Below are positions 44,297-56,351 of a stretch of 64,000 bases of DNA, piece after piece. Origin of the DNA: Thecamonas trahens ATCC 50062 (lineage: Eukaryota > Protista > Apusomonadida). Position numbers and translations under genes: made by a program. The stretch lies in assembly GCF_000142905.1 (NCBI RefSeq), contig NW_013657667.1:440801-504800 (forward strand), in the 5' to 3' direction. Under the pieces are notes generated by a model. That model searched no databases. It had not been told where the DNA came from and saw only the letters and a program-made list of their open reading frames with translations. Positions within the stretch are counted from its first letter, which is position 1. Every line of letters starts with the position of its first letter.

Positions 44297-46594
44297 TTAC
44301 AGCTGGTCGTCCGAGACGCCAGCCGAGTGCGAGTCGGAGACCTCGGCCGAGGTATGGGTGTGGGCGGACATGTTGGACGAGCTCGACGACGAGAGAGAGC
44401 CCTCTTCGCCGTCGATGCCGTCGTCGACCATGGCAAAGCGGTTGACCTCCGTCGACTGCTCCTGCACCTCGGGCATGGGCCACACTCCCGAGTTGCCATG
44501 AACGCCGGAGCGGAACGACATCGTCCGCTCGTAGTCAGCGACCTTGGCCCGCAGCTCGTCGAGCTCGGAGCGCGCGCGCGCGGCGTCGTCGACTACGGCA
44601 TCGAGCGCCACAATGGTGTCCTCGATCGGCGCTCCGTCATCGAGCCCGAGCTTGCGCTGGATGGTGGTGAGGCCCTGGACGAGGATCTCCATCCGCGACT
44701 TGGTGTCCGACACCACGCGGTCGAGCGTGTTCATCGAGTGCAGCACGTCCGAGAGTGTTGAGACCGACGACGACGACGCAACGTTGACGTGCGACCGCGA
44801 GTTGGACCGTCGCCGCGCGTACATCCGCTTGCGACTGGAGACTGACGCATTTGCCGGCGGCGCGCCCATTGACGCCCGCAGCGCCATGTCCGACGAGTCT
44901 GACGTGATCGAGTCGGACCGCTTCCGCGCCGACACCGCGCCACGGCCCTTGTCCGAGCTCGGCGACGCCTCGCCAGGCCAAGCAGACTCGCTCCCGTTGG
45001 CAGTCGCCAGCGGCGGAAGCGGCGGCAGCGCAGCCGTTGCTGGCACCTTGGCCGGTGCTGTTGCAGCAGTTGGCGTGGTCACAGCTGACACTGGGGCCGA
45101 CCCTTCGGCGACAGTGCCCACTGTCACCATAGGCGGCTCCGTCTTGTTCGCCGCGTCAGGCCCGGCTCCAGCTGCCGACTCGGGCGGATGATGGTCACCT
45201 GCAGGGGCGGAGCTGGCCTCTGCCGGCTCTGCCGCCGGCAAGCCTGGCTCGGAGGGCGACACCGGCTCGGACGGCGGCCGCGCCTTGAGCGCCGAGATGA
45301 CCGGAAACGACCGCCCGGAGAGTGACGGCGGGAGGAGCTGGTAGATGTTCTCGCGGGCTGCGCCAATGGCGCACGACCCAAGGTGGGTCACCGAGCACGT
45401 GGCCGGATCGACTACCCGCGATGCGTACGTCCACGCCGAGCCGGTGAGCAGGATCTGGCCGCCAGCCGCCAGCTCAGCGAGCCGCCACGCTTGCCACGCC
45501 GCCTCGGCGCGCCGAGCCTTGACCTCGTCGGCGAGCGCAACCTTCTCGAGACTTGCGTGAGCAGCGGCCACCACCGACTCGTGCGACTCCTCGCCATCCT
45601 CGTCGTCCTCCACCGTGTCGTCGGCGGTTGCCACCGGCAAGTCTGGCAGGGGAGCCTCGGTGACAATGGCGGTGCGGAGGCGGAGGCCGCGCTGGAGCAC
45701 CGTGGCGAGATCTTCGGACTTTTGCACCCGCATCATCTCCGGACGCGCCCGCAGCGAGTCTGGCCACCTCGCAGACATAAAGGCCTCGTGCAGCGCAAAC
45801 GCCGTGAGCAGCGCGCTGTCCGTCGAACCAAACCGGAGCACATAGCCACCGAGCTCGGTCGAGAGCAGCAGACTCGGCGGCTCGCTCACCACTTGCTGCG
45901 CCACAGACGCCGCCAGCCCAGGAAGTAGCTCCGAGCCCGAGTCCTCGCGCGCAAGCGGGCGCGCTCCATTCGCCACTTGGGCCCGCGCCGCCTGGACAGC
46001 CGAATCGATGGCGGTCGCAAACGCCTCTGCCTTGTTCTTGTCGGTCTCAACCGCGCTCGTTCCTGCACTTGAGTTGCGAGGAGCGACGGCATCACCGGCT
46101 GGGTCGCCCGCGGCCTGCTCTGCCGCCGTTCCGCTCGCCGCTGTGGCACGAGAAGCCAGGCTACTCGAGCCACGTCGCCTTGACGTTCCTTGCGGAGCTG
46201 CGAGTACGTCTGCGAGCGCAGCATGGACGACCGAGAGGCCCTCTGCAAAGACTGAGGCTTCGATGTCATGAAACGATGCTGCATTCTCGACCGAGACCGC
46301 CAGATACGCGCCGAGATCTCGACCATCAGGTTGACCTCCATGGTCGGCAGACTGTTCTTGCAAAGTGCTGCTTGGCGGCACCTGGTCACCTCCTTGGACC
46401 ATGCGGGGAGCGGTAGTAGTCTCTGCCAGTACCTTGTCGGCGACCACTTCCATGTCACCCTCGTTCTTCTCCAGCTTGTCATTGTACGTCATCTTGTCTT
46501 GCGCAACGACCTTGGCTGCCATGACAGCAGTCTCCACACTCGGTCTCTCTCCCCTGTTCGCCGCCTTCTGTCCTCCCTTGCCCGTCCCTGACAT
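44297..46594 (-). CDS. Degenerate class III nucleotidyl-cyclase-like protein (pseudo-adenylyl cyclase) with a C-terminal coiled coil; upstream exon(s) may lie in the gap
   Basis: ARWPDSL...RGLRLRTAI...AWRLAELAAGGQILLT...THLGSCAIG...ENIYQLLPPSLSGRSFP follows the fungal/protist cyclase scaffold, but the catalytic motifs are missing. Confidence 0.7.
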   Translation of the reverse strand: MSGTGKGGQKAANRGERPSVETAVMAAKVVAQDKMTYNDKLEKNEGDMEVVADKVLAETTTAPRMVQGGDQVPPSSTLQEQSADHGGQPDGRDLGAYLAVSVENAASFHDIEASVFAEGLSVVHAALADVLAAPQGTSRRRGSSSLASRATAASGTAAEQAAGDPAGDAVAPRNSSAGTSAVETDKNKAEAFATAIDSAVQAARAQVANGARPLAREDSGSELLPGLAASVAQQVVSEPPSLLLSTELGGYVLRFGSTDSALLTAFALHEAFMSARWPDSLRARPEMMRVQKSEDLATVLQRGLRLRTAIVTEAPLPDLPVATADDTVEDDEDGEESHESVVAAAHASLEKVALADEVKARRAEAAWQAWRLAELAAGGQILLTGSAWTYASRVVDPATCSVTHLGSCAIGAARENIYQLLPPSLSGRSFPVISALKARPPSEPVSPSEPGLPAAEPAEASSAPAGDHHPPESAAGAGPDAANKTEPPMVTVGTVAEGSAPVSAVTTPTAATAPAKVPATAALPPLPPLATANGSESAWPGEASPSSDKGRGAVSARKRSDSITSDSSDMALRASMGAPPANASVSSRKRMYARRRSNSRSHVNVASSSSVSTLSDVLHSMNTLDRVVSDTKSRMEILVQGLTTIQRKLGLDDGAPIEDTIVALDAVVDDAARARSELDELRAKVADYERTMSFRSGVHGNSGVWPMPEVQEQSTEVNRFAMVDDGIDGEEGSLSSSSSSNMSAHTHTSAEVSDSHSAGVSDDQL

Positions 46595-46725
46595 TGGGAA
46601 GGACTGTGCTGGTGGTGGTGGTGGGGGGGGGGGGAGGGGGGAGGTGCGTAAGGGTGACGGAGACCGTGAGCGTGCGTGAGCGGATGTGTGTGTGTATGCG
46701 GTGTGTGTGTGTGTGTGTGCAAGCG

Positions 46726-47385
46726 NNNNNNNNNNNNNNNNNNNNNNNNNNNNNNNNNNNNNNNNNNNNNNNNNNNNNNNNNNNNNNNNNNNNNNNNNNN
46801 NNNNNNNNNNNNNNNNNNNNNNNNNNNNNNNNNNNNNNNNNNNNNNNNNNNNNNNNNNNNNNNNNNNNNNNNNNNNNNNNNNNNNNNNNNNNNNNNNNNN
46901 NNNNNNNNNNNNNNNNNNNNNNNNNNNNNNNNNNNNNNNNNNNNNNNNNNNNNNNNNNNNNNNNNNNNNNNNNNNNNNNNNNNNNNNNNNNNNNNNNNNN
47001 NNNNNNNNNNNNNNNNNNNNNNNNNNNNNNNNNNNNNNNNNNNNNNNNNNNNNNNNNNNNNNNNNNNNNNNNNNNNNNNNNNNNNNNNNNNNNNNNNNNN
47101 NNNNNNNNNNNNNNNNNNNNNNNNNNNNNNNNNNNNNNNNNNNNNNNNNNNNNNNNNNNNNNNNNNNNNNNNNNNNNNNNNNNNNNNNNNNNNNNNNNNN
47201 NNNNNNNNNNNNNNNNNNNNNNNNNNNNNNNNNNNNNNNNNNNNNNNNNNNNNNNNNNNNNNNNNNNNNNNNNNNNNNNNNNNNNNNNNNNNNNNNNNNN
47301 NNNNNNNNNNNNNNNNNNNNNNNNNNNNNNNNNNNNNNNNNNNNNNNNNNNNNNNNNNNNNNNNNNNNNNNNNNNNNNNNNNNNN
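46726..47385. other. Assembly gap (N run)
   Basis: Run of N. Confidence 1.
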
Positions 47386-47587
47386 CCCCCCCCCCCTGCT
47401 CCATCGTCCAACAATCGCAGTCGTCTGAGGTCAGCCTCCATCTGCTCGGGCGAGCCGGGAGCTGGGAGCTGGGAGCTGGGAGCTGGGGCTGGGAGCTGGG
47501 GCTGGGAGCTGGGGCGGGGGGCGGGAGGACGGTACACCCAACTCCACGACGATTTTCATGGCCGGGAGAGTATGCGGAAAGCTGTCG

Positions 47588-49245
47588 ATGCGGCAGTGTG
47601 TATGGGGTGTGTGTGGCGTGGCTGTGGTGGTCATGGCTGTGGCCGTCGTCTCGGTGGCTGCTGGACTGACTGACTCGGCCGATGAGGTCAGAGTGCCGAC
47701 GGGCAATGTCGGCGATGTGGCGTGCATGGCAGAGACGACTGCGTCCATCAATGCAAGGATCGTAGCACCTGCTCTAGAGAAGCTCGTCCACTCTACCTTC
47801 TTTCGCTACTTTAAGGTCGATCTCTACAGAGACTGCCCCTTCTGGACAGGTACGGCGGTGCTCGCATGACTTCTGCTTGGCCGTTCTCGGCGCTCGCGGC
47901 AGAGTGGTCGCGCGGCGGCGGGGGGGGGGGGGGGGGGGCGGGTGATGGATGAGGCGGGAGAGTGAGTGTGGGATCGTATACTCACGTGGGCGTTTGGGTG
48001 TGGGCGAACGGGAGAGCAGACAGCGGGTTGTGTATGATGGAGGGCTGCTCTCTCAATCCGTGCTCTCCCTCGGACGTCCCGATGTGCCTCAAGCAACTCG
48101 AGGCGGCGGAGGAGCCGGCGTGCGAGCCGTCATCCGAGATGATGCTGTCGTTGGTGGCGGCGGTAGATCCGTTCGGCGCGCGCGCCGCCGATGCTCAGCG
48201 AGCTGATGCCGAGGGCCTGCCAGCGTACACGCCCGGGGACGTGTGGATGGTCGACGATGAGGTGCCGCGTGAAGACTCGGCAGCCGAGTTTGTTGATCTG
48301 CTCTCGAATCCCGAGCGGTTCACCGGGTACAAGGGCTTTGAGTCCCGGTCGATCTGGGCGGCGATCTACTCGGAAAACTGCTTTCTCGACGAAGACGACG
48401 ATGAGGACGACGAGGCTGAAGACCTCGACTACGAGGACCCGGTCTTTGGCGACTCTGGCCACGGCCCGCATGCACAGCAGTGTCTCGAGAAGCGGGTCTT
48501 CTTCCGGCTCATTTCGGGCCTGCACTCGTCTATCACCTGCCACCTTGTCGATGAGTACTTTTTCGAGGACTCGCAGACGTGGGGCCCCAACCTGGACATG
48601 TTCAAGGCGCGGTTTGCGGCGCACCCGGAGCATCTCGACAATCTGTACTTTGCGTACATGCTTGCGCTCCGCGCCTTTGACAAGGCTGCGCCGCTGCTCT
48701 CGGCCTATCACTATCGCACCGACAACGCGAGCGAGCAGGCTGCCGTTCGCATCACCATGGGCGAGCTAGTGGAGACGCTGCGCGGCGAGCTCACCGCCGC
48801 CCGCTGCGACGTCCCGTTTGACGAGTCGCGCCTCTTCCGCGGGCCCGATGCTGCCGCCCTCCGCGCCGCCTTTCAGCGCAAGTTCTACAACATCTCGCGG
48901 ATCATGGACTGTGTCGGGTGCTCAAAGTGCAGGCTGTGGGGCAAGGTTCAGATCCGCGGCCTCTCGGTTGCGCTTCGCATCCTGTTTGGCGACGGTAGCG
49001 CGAGCAGTCTTGCCAAGCTCACCCGAAACCAGATCCTAACCTTTGTATGGACGCTGCACCGGCTCTCCGAGTCGGTCGCCATCGTCAACCGCATGCACGC
49101 CCGTCATGCCCGCGCCACAAGCCTCTGGACCGGCGTGACCGTCCTTGTCCTCGTCGCCGCCGCTGGCTTTGCCACTGCCGTCGTCCGCTGGTTCATCTGC
49201 CGCTCATCGCGCGCCCGCCCATCCAAGCTCGCCAAGCAGGACTAG
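47588..49245 (+). CDS. ERO1: ER oxidoreductin 1 with a C-terminal TM segment; exons 47588-47849 and 48020-49245
   Basis: Signal/anchor sequence, FFRYFKVDLYRDCPFWT|DSGLCMMEGC (shuttle cysteines), VDLLSNPERFTGY, CLEKRVFFRLISGLHSSI, NISRIMDCVGCSKCRLWGKVQ (CxxCxxC). Confidence 0.95.
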
Positions 49246-49400
49246 TACGTTTCAGTATGTGCGTTGTCGCCTGCGTTAATGCGCGTGACTGTGGCCTGGA
49301 GTGACCCACTTTTTTCCGCGTCGGCACCATCAAAACCACGCAGAGCTTTGGCAAAACTCACCCTGGCACACCAAACACACACACACGTCCGCTCACTATC

Positions 49401-50675
49401 ATGTCGGAAACCACATTCTCTCTGGAAGCTGCGCTCGCCAACCCATCTGGGGTCGTCTCACCCGAGTCTGCAGAGGTGGTCAAGGCGACGGTCGGCGTTG
49501 TGGTGCAGCACATCGATACAATTGTTGCTCACTTTTACGATGAGCTCTTTGCTACCGTCCCGGACACCCACTACCTGTTCAACATGTCAAACCAGCGCGA
49601 TGGCAGCCAGCGCAAGTCGCTGGTGGGAGCACTGCTTGCGGCTTCGCCGGCAACACTGGAGGAGGGCAAGCTCGAGGCGCTGATGGGCCATCTGGAGACC
49701 GTCTTCCACAAGCACGTGGCCCTCGGCGTCCGGCCGGACCACTACAAGATTGTCCACGACCACTTCCTGGGAGCCGTGGCGGCCGTGCTTGGCGATGCGG
49801 TGACCGATGCCGTGGCTGCCGCCTGGTCCGAAGTCGTTGTCGCCGTCTCGCATGCCTTTATTCGGCACGAGGATCGGGTCCGCACCGCGATGGCCGACGC
49901 CACCAGCGGGTGGACCGAGCCTGAGCCGCTCGAGGTGCTGGCCGTCGAGACCGTGAGCGAGGACGAGTGCTGCAAGACGCTGCGGCTGCGGGTCAAGGAC
50001 GAGTCGCTTCGACCGGTCTTCTCCGCAGGCCAGTACTTGACGGTCCTGCCACCGGCCCAATGGCCGGCGCACGGCCCGCGGCACTACACCATCACCACCG
50101 AGCCGAGCGCAGAGCAGGTTGCCGCCCGTGAGCTCTCCATCACAGTCAAGAAGCTCGAAGGTGAGAGCGCCGAGACGCCGGACGGCCTCTTCTCGTCGTG
50201 GCTCACCTCGCTCGAGGCCGGCGCCGAAATCAGGGCACGCGCGCCCATGGGCGGCTTTGGCCGCCCGGCAAGCCTCGCCAGTAACCCGGTCGAGGTCTTT
50301 ATCGGCGCGGGAATCGGCGTTACTCCGCTGCTGCCAATGGCATCGCAGGCGACGGCCGCCGGCTCCAAGGTCATCATTTTCACCTCGGCGCGGACGCGCA
50401 AGGCCGCGGCGCTCGAGCCTGCTCTGGCCGGCCTTGCTGGAGCTACTATCGTGCATCGGTACACCCGCGAGGGCGACGCCCGGCTCACCGCAGCTGACAT
50501 TGTGACCAAGCTGGGCGAAGAGGGTGTCGCCGTGGACGCGCCCGGCCTCTGCGTCTACGTCTGCGGGCCGCGCAGCTTCATGACGACCATGCTCCCGGGA
50601 CTGGCTGCTGCAGGCGTGGCCAAGACGGCGATCCGGTTCGAGGCCTTTGGCCCGACCGGCGAGCTTGCGGTGTGA
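49401..50675 (+). CDS. Flavohemoglobin (nitric oxide dioxygenase)
   Basis: Globin: HFYDELF (Tyr B10), LFNMSNQRDGSQ (Gln E7), HKHVALGVRPDHYKIV (proximal His). FAD domain: AGQYLTV, RHYTI, GLFSSWL. NAD domain: IGAGIGVTPL, YVCGP, FEAFGP. Confidence 0.93.
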   Translation: MSETTFSLEAALANPSGVVSPESAEVVKATVGVVVQHIDTIVAHFYDELFATVPDTHYLFNMSNQRDGSQRKSLVGALLAASPATLEEGKLEALMGHLETVFHKHVALGVRPDHYKIVHDHFLGAVAAVLGDAVTDAVAAAWSEVVVAVSHAFIRHEDRVRTAMADATSGWTEPEPLEVLAVETVSEDECCKTLRLRVKDESLRPVFSAGQYLTVLPPAQWPAHGPRHYTITTEPSAEQVAARELSITVKKLEGESAETPDGLFSSWLTSLEAGAEIRARAPMGGFGRPASLASNPVEVFIGAGIGVTPLLPMASQATAAGSKVIIFTSARTRKAAALEPALAGLAGATIVHRYTREGDARLTAADIVTKLGEEGVAVDAPGLCVYVCGPRSFMTTMLPGLAAAGVAKTAIRFEAFGPTGELAV

Positions 50676-50705
50676 AACAAAGCGAGCGTCCGAGTAAAAG
50701 CCGCG

Positions 50706-52760
50706 TTACGCCGAGTCTGGCAGCGAATTGTGGATGCGGGCAACCGCAGCGGCGAGGCGGGTCCGCGACTTGGCGCGCCGCAGCTGCGGGGCATGGACTG
50801 GCACAATGCTCAGGTCTGACACCGTGTCAAGGAGCGCGAGGCGGGCGGCGGTGAGGCCAGAGAGCATGCGTGTGGCTGGGACGACAACCAGCTCTGCGGG
50901 CGGAACAACCTCGATGGCGGTACGGGCGTCAAGAACGTGGTGCAGAGCGATGGTGACCGGGCCAGCCAGATGCGATGGAACCGTCACCGACGTCCGCATG
51001 GCGTCCGGGAACAGCTTGGAGGCTGAAGCAAGGAGCGGAAGCGGCGCCGATGAGCGCAGCCGCGGTGCGAGGCCGAGTGCGGCCTGGATGATTCGGGTAG
51101 CATGGAGCGGGACAAGGCCCGGCGCATCGTCGAGGCCAGGCTCGGCAAGGGCGGCGTGTGCAAGCTGAACAAGCGTGGGACGCGAGAGGAGCGCGGCGCG
51201 GTGCGGAACGAGCAGCGCATTGGCGGCGGCACCAAGCGCGCGGTGCAGGATGCGAGCCCGCTGGCCGGTCTGCGGCGCGGCGGCAAGGACCGGAACAACC
51301 CGGTCGAGCGCCCAAGTGGCCGACGGCGAAGCGTTGAGCTCGGCTAGTGCCGCGTCCCACGCGGGTTCGGGGGCGTCGATGCCGCAGCGTGCGAGCGCGG
51401 CGAGCGCGTGTGCATGCGGCGGTCGCGGAGCGTTAGGCAAGGTGTTGAGCGCCGCGAGGCGGAGGGCAGGCGAGACAAGATCGTCCCACCACGATGGCCA
51501 GCGGTGCGCAGTCCACGGTGCAGAGCCAACCAGGCGCTCGACAACAGCGCGGAGTGGCGGGTGCTTGTCGAGGAGCGCAATCGAGGTGTCGAGCGAGGCG
51601 AGGACGTCCATCATGTGGTCGACCGTTTCTGGCGTGGGTGCGTCGACGTGCGCCGCGGGCTCGTAGAGGGAGGCGACAATGCGGGCGCGGACCTCGTTGC
51701 GGCCGATGTGGCGGTGAAGGCGGGCGAGAGTCGCAGCGCGCTGCCACAGCTGGCGGCCCGACTCGGCGGCCTCGAGCCACGGCCCAACAGCATCGCAAAG
51801 CGCGCGAGTGACAGGCGCCGAAGTAGTTACGTTGATACCGCCGGTTATGGCAGCGTGGAGGAGCGGGAGGAGCGAGTCGACGAGGGGAGCGGCCGGAAAG
51901 GCGTCAACCGACTCGAGCGCGTCCCAGACGAGGGCGGCGGCCGGCGGCTTGGTCGTAGCGGCATCGAGCATACGGGCGAGGGCGGCAATGTCGGCCGGCG
52001 ACGGCTTGCTCCGCTGCGCGGCCTCTGCGAGCTTGGCTGCCATGTTGCCGCACAGTGCGGCACCCACAGCGGCGGCGCGCGAGCTCGGCGCAGCCATGGC
52101 GTCGACGTACAGGCGTGCGACATCGTCGAGCGAGGTGGGGCGTGTCCCGAGAACGCCGGCAATGAGCTCTCGCGTTGCCTCGGTGTCGAGCTGCCAGCGG
52201 AGCGCCATTGCAGCGACAAAGCCGTGTGAGTCATTGCTGGAGACCAAGGCCACCGCGGCGTCAACAAGGCGGGAAGCGGTGTCGGGGCGGGCAATGTGGA
52301 GGCCGTCGAGAGCGAGGGCGGCAGAGGCGATGTGCTGCGGCGACGCACCATCACAGCCAGCAGCAGCAATGTCATCGATTGCTGCCACAACAGCATCATG
52401 CAGAGCCACATCGTCTGCCGTGGACGGGCGAGTCTTGAACACATGGGCGAGCGAGCGCGCGAGCGGCGGGAGGAGCGGCGGGTGCGGGAGAGCAGCGCCG
52501 GCGGCGATGTGGGCGGCACCATCATCATGACGAGCAAAACACTTTGCAGCCACATCAGCCAACGGCGGGATTGACTCGAGCGGAGAGTCCCCAGCAGTGG
52601 TCAGGACGTGGAGGGCAGTAGCGGTGTGGACTTGCAGCGCATGGAGGTCGGCCTCGGACGACAGGGATGACGGGACGAGGAGCGCAGCTGCAGAGAGTTC
52701 TGTGTACGGAATGGCTCGCCCAGGTACAAGGCGAGAGACCACCGCGCGGAGGGCGCTCAT
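50706..52760 (-). CDS. Ala/Leu-rich helical protein, possibly mitochondrial, with a degenerate RAP-like C-terminus
   Basis: Presequence-like MSALRAVVSRLVPGR. The C-terminal TAIEVVPP...LSGLTAARLALL...SIVPVH weakly resembles a RAP domain. Confidence 0.55.
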   Translation of the reverse strand: MSALRAVVSRLVPGRAIPYTELSAAALLVPSSLSSEADLHALQVHTATALHVLTTAGDSPLESIPPLADVAAKCFARHDDGAAHIAAGAALPHPPLLPPLARSLAHVFKTRPSTADDVALHDAVVAAIDDIAAAGCDGASPQHIASAALALDGLHIARPDTASRLVDAAVALVSSNDSHGFVAAMALRWQLDTEATRELIAGVLGTRPTSLDDVARLYVDAMAAPSSRAAAVGAALCGNMAAKLAEAAQRSKPSPADIAALARMLDAATTKPPAAALVWDALESVDAFPAAPLVDSLLPLLHAAITGGINVTTSAPVTRALCDAVGPWLEAAESGRQLWQRAATLARLHRHIGRNEVRARIVASLYEPAAHVDAPTPETVDHMMDVLASLDTSIALLDKHPPLRAVVERLVGSAPWTAHRWPSWWDDLVSPALRLAALNTLPNAPRPPHAHALAALARCGIDAPEPAWDAALAELNASPSATWALDRVVPVLAAAPQTGQRARILHRALGAAANALLVPHRAALLSRPTLVQLAHAALAEPGLDDAPGLVPLHATRIIQAALGLAPRLRSSAPLPLLASASKLFPDAMRTSVTVPSHLAGPVTIALHHVLDARTAIEVVPPAELVVVPATRMLSGLTAARLALLDTVSDLSIVPVHAPQLRRAKSRTRLAAAVARIHNSLPDSA

Positions 52761-53025
52761 GAGCTCGAGGGGGGGGGGGGGGCTGGGAAGAGGGGTATGA
52801 GGGTGGGTTTGGGGCAGAGCCAGAGGGAGGGGAGGGGGGCAGTGATGATGATGGTTGTCATCGATCATTGAGGAGATATCGTACTTGGTGGATGTGATAA
52901 GGATGTGGGAGGGGGAGTGTGTGTGTGTGGGGGGGGAGTGGGGGGGAGGGAGAGGGAGGGGAGGGGAGGGCGGGAGGGGGGAGGGGAGGACGAAGGACGA
53001 CTGCTAGGGGCACTTCCCGTTTTGC

Positions 53026-53292
53026 NNNNNNNNNNNNNNNNNNNNNNNNNNNNNNNNNNNNNNNNNNNNNNNNNNNNNNNNNNNNNNNNNNNNNNNNNNN
53101 NNNNNNNNNNNNNNNNNNNNNNNNNNNNNNNNNNNNNNNNNNNNNNNNNNNNNNNNNNNNNNNNNNNNNNNNNNNNNNNNNNNNNNNNNNNNNNNNNNNN
53201 NNNNNNNNNNNNNNNNNNNNNNNNNNNNNNNNNNNNNNNNNNNNNNNNNNNNNNNNNNNNNNNNNNNNNNNNNNNNNNNNNNNNNNNNNNNN
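53026..53292. other. Assembly gap (N run)
   Basis: Run of N. Confidence 1.
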
Positions 53293-53610
53293 AGTGCCAA
53301 CTGTTTCCCCCCCCCTACCCACACACACACACACACCAATGTGCGAGTATGAGGAGGCAGGGTGTGTGTGTGTACAGAGACCCATACATTCTCCCTCCCC
53401 CCTCCCCTCTCCTCCTCCCCCCCCTTCCCCCCTCCCTCCCCTCCCCCTGTCTCCTCTGCTGTGGTAGTTTCTACATGCTGCGGCAATCGACCCCGACCCC
53501 TCCCCCTCCTCTCGTCACCCGTCCTCCCCTCCATCCTATCTCACACATATTCCCCATTCCCCTTACCCCCTCCCCCCCCTCCTTCTTTCTTGGTTATGGT
53601 GGTGGTGTAG

Positions 53611-55064
<1,454 letters not shown>

Positions 55065-55073
55065 ACTCCTCGG

Positions 55074-56114
55074 CTAGTCCATGGTAAAGCTGACGATGAC
55101 CAGGCCGACGAGCGGGAGTGTGAAGACGCCCACCAGAGCGAGCAGGATGGTGAGCACAATCTTGATGCGGTAGCGGTAGCCGTCGAGTGAGGCCCACTCG
55201 AGGTAGATGGCGTCGTCGATGGAGGTTTCCATCGAGTACGCCGAGGAAAAGGCCGGGAGCGAGACGGCGTGCGCCGCAGCCTTGCGGCACTCGGCGAGGA
55301 AGGTCTTGGAGGTGACCCGGACGGCGGTGTGGACGTTGGGGTCGTACCAGGTCTCGTCGTGCCGGCCACGGGTGACATCAGTGCGCGGGAAGCGGCGGCA
55401 GCCGGTCTGCGACGGGCAAGCGCAGGCAAAGATGGCCACTGCCGAGCCGCCCGGGGCGGTGATGGGCGTTACCTTGGCATTGGTGGACGTGTTGGAGGTA
55501 CCAACGACCTCTGTTCGAATCGCCGCGCCGCCTACGCCGAAATCAAAGTACGTTCGCGACGCCAGATCCGCCAGAGCCGACGAGTTTGCCGCAGCAGGGA
55601 CTGGTGCCGCATAGTTGTTTGCCGACACGTCCATGGCGCCGAGCAAGGAGAGGTAGACGGCGGCGGCGATGGCAAGCGAGCCGATGAGTACGACAGCAGG
55701 AAGGCCGACACAGCCGAGCGAGTAACGTACCGCCTCATCGGTGCTCTCGAGCTTCTTCAGCTCTGGTCGGTGGCGGTACCAGCCGAGGCAGATGGCCACA
55801 AAGACGACCGAGACGAGGACGAGGAGCGAGAGGCCAAAAGCGAGAGCAAACGCCGGCTTGCCGACAGCGTAGGAGAGAAGAAGGGTAAAGCCCGATGTGA
55901 TGAGAATGGTCAAAGTGATGGAGACCAGAGCCACCGAGCAAGGATCACTCGATCCACAGCATGAGATCTGTTCGTTCGATGTCATCCACGCAGGTGGTGG
56001 CGGCGGCGGCGGAGACAATGGCTCATCGGCGCTGTCCTGGCTGCTCGAGCCAGTCGTCGTCCTCTCGCTTGTCATGGACGACATGCTGGCGGACACACTC
56101 TCACTTGATGACAT
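55074..56114 (-). CDS. Hypothetical multi-pass membrane protein (346 aa)
   Basis: Three N-terminal hydrophobic helices, a loop containing cysteines, and a C-terminal TM (IVLTILLALVGVFTLPLVGLVIV). Confidence 0.65.
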   Translation of the reverse strand: MSSSESVSASMSSMTSERTTTGSSSQDSADEPLSPPPPPPPAWMTSNEQISCCGSSDPCSVALVSITLTILITSGFTLLLSYAVGKPAFALAFGLSLLVLVSVVFVAICLGWYRHRPELKKLESTDEAVRYSLGCVGLPAVVLIGSLAIAAAVYLSLLGAMDVSANNYAAPVPAAANSSALADLASRTYFDFGVGGAAIRTEVVGTSNTSTNAKVTPITAPGGSAVAIFACACPSQTGCRRFPRTDVTRGRHDETWYDPNVHTAVRVTSKTFLAECRKAAAHAVSLPAFSSAYSMETSIDDAIYLEWASLDGYRYRIKIVLTILLALVGVFTLPLVGLVIVSFTMD

Positions 56115-56351
56115 GATGTAGTGTGCTTGTGTGTGGTTGCGTGGGAGGAGGAGGGGGAGGGGGCGGTTGCGAGTGGCGTGTGTCGTGTTGCGTGGGTTTG
56201 GTCGGAGCTCGGGGGTTTTGCCAGGTGGGTGTTGCGCGGAGGTGGGGGGGGGGGGGGGGGGGGGGGGGGGCGTGGATGCTAGGGATCGGAATGTGGATTG
56301 GTGTAGGGATGCAGGACGCGGAGCTTGGGGCGGTAGTGGCGGCGATGGTGT

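Noticed and set aside
46479-47673. Long ORFs spanning N gaps (also around 26009, 42380 and 53026)
   Set aside because: These come from translating through Ns and simple repeats.
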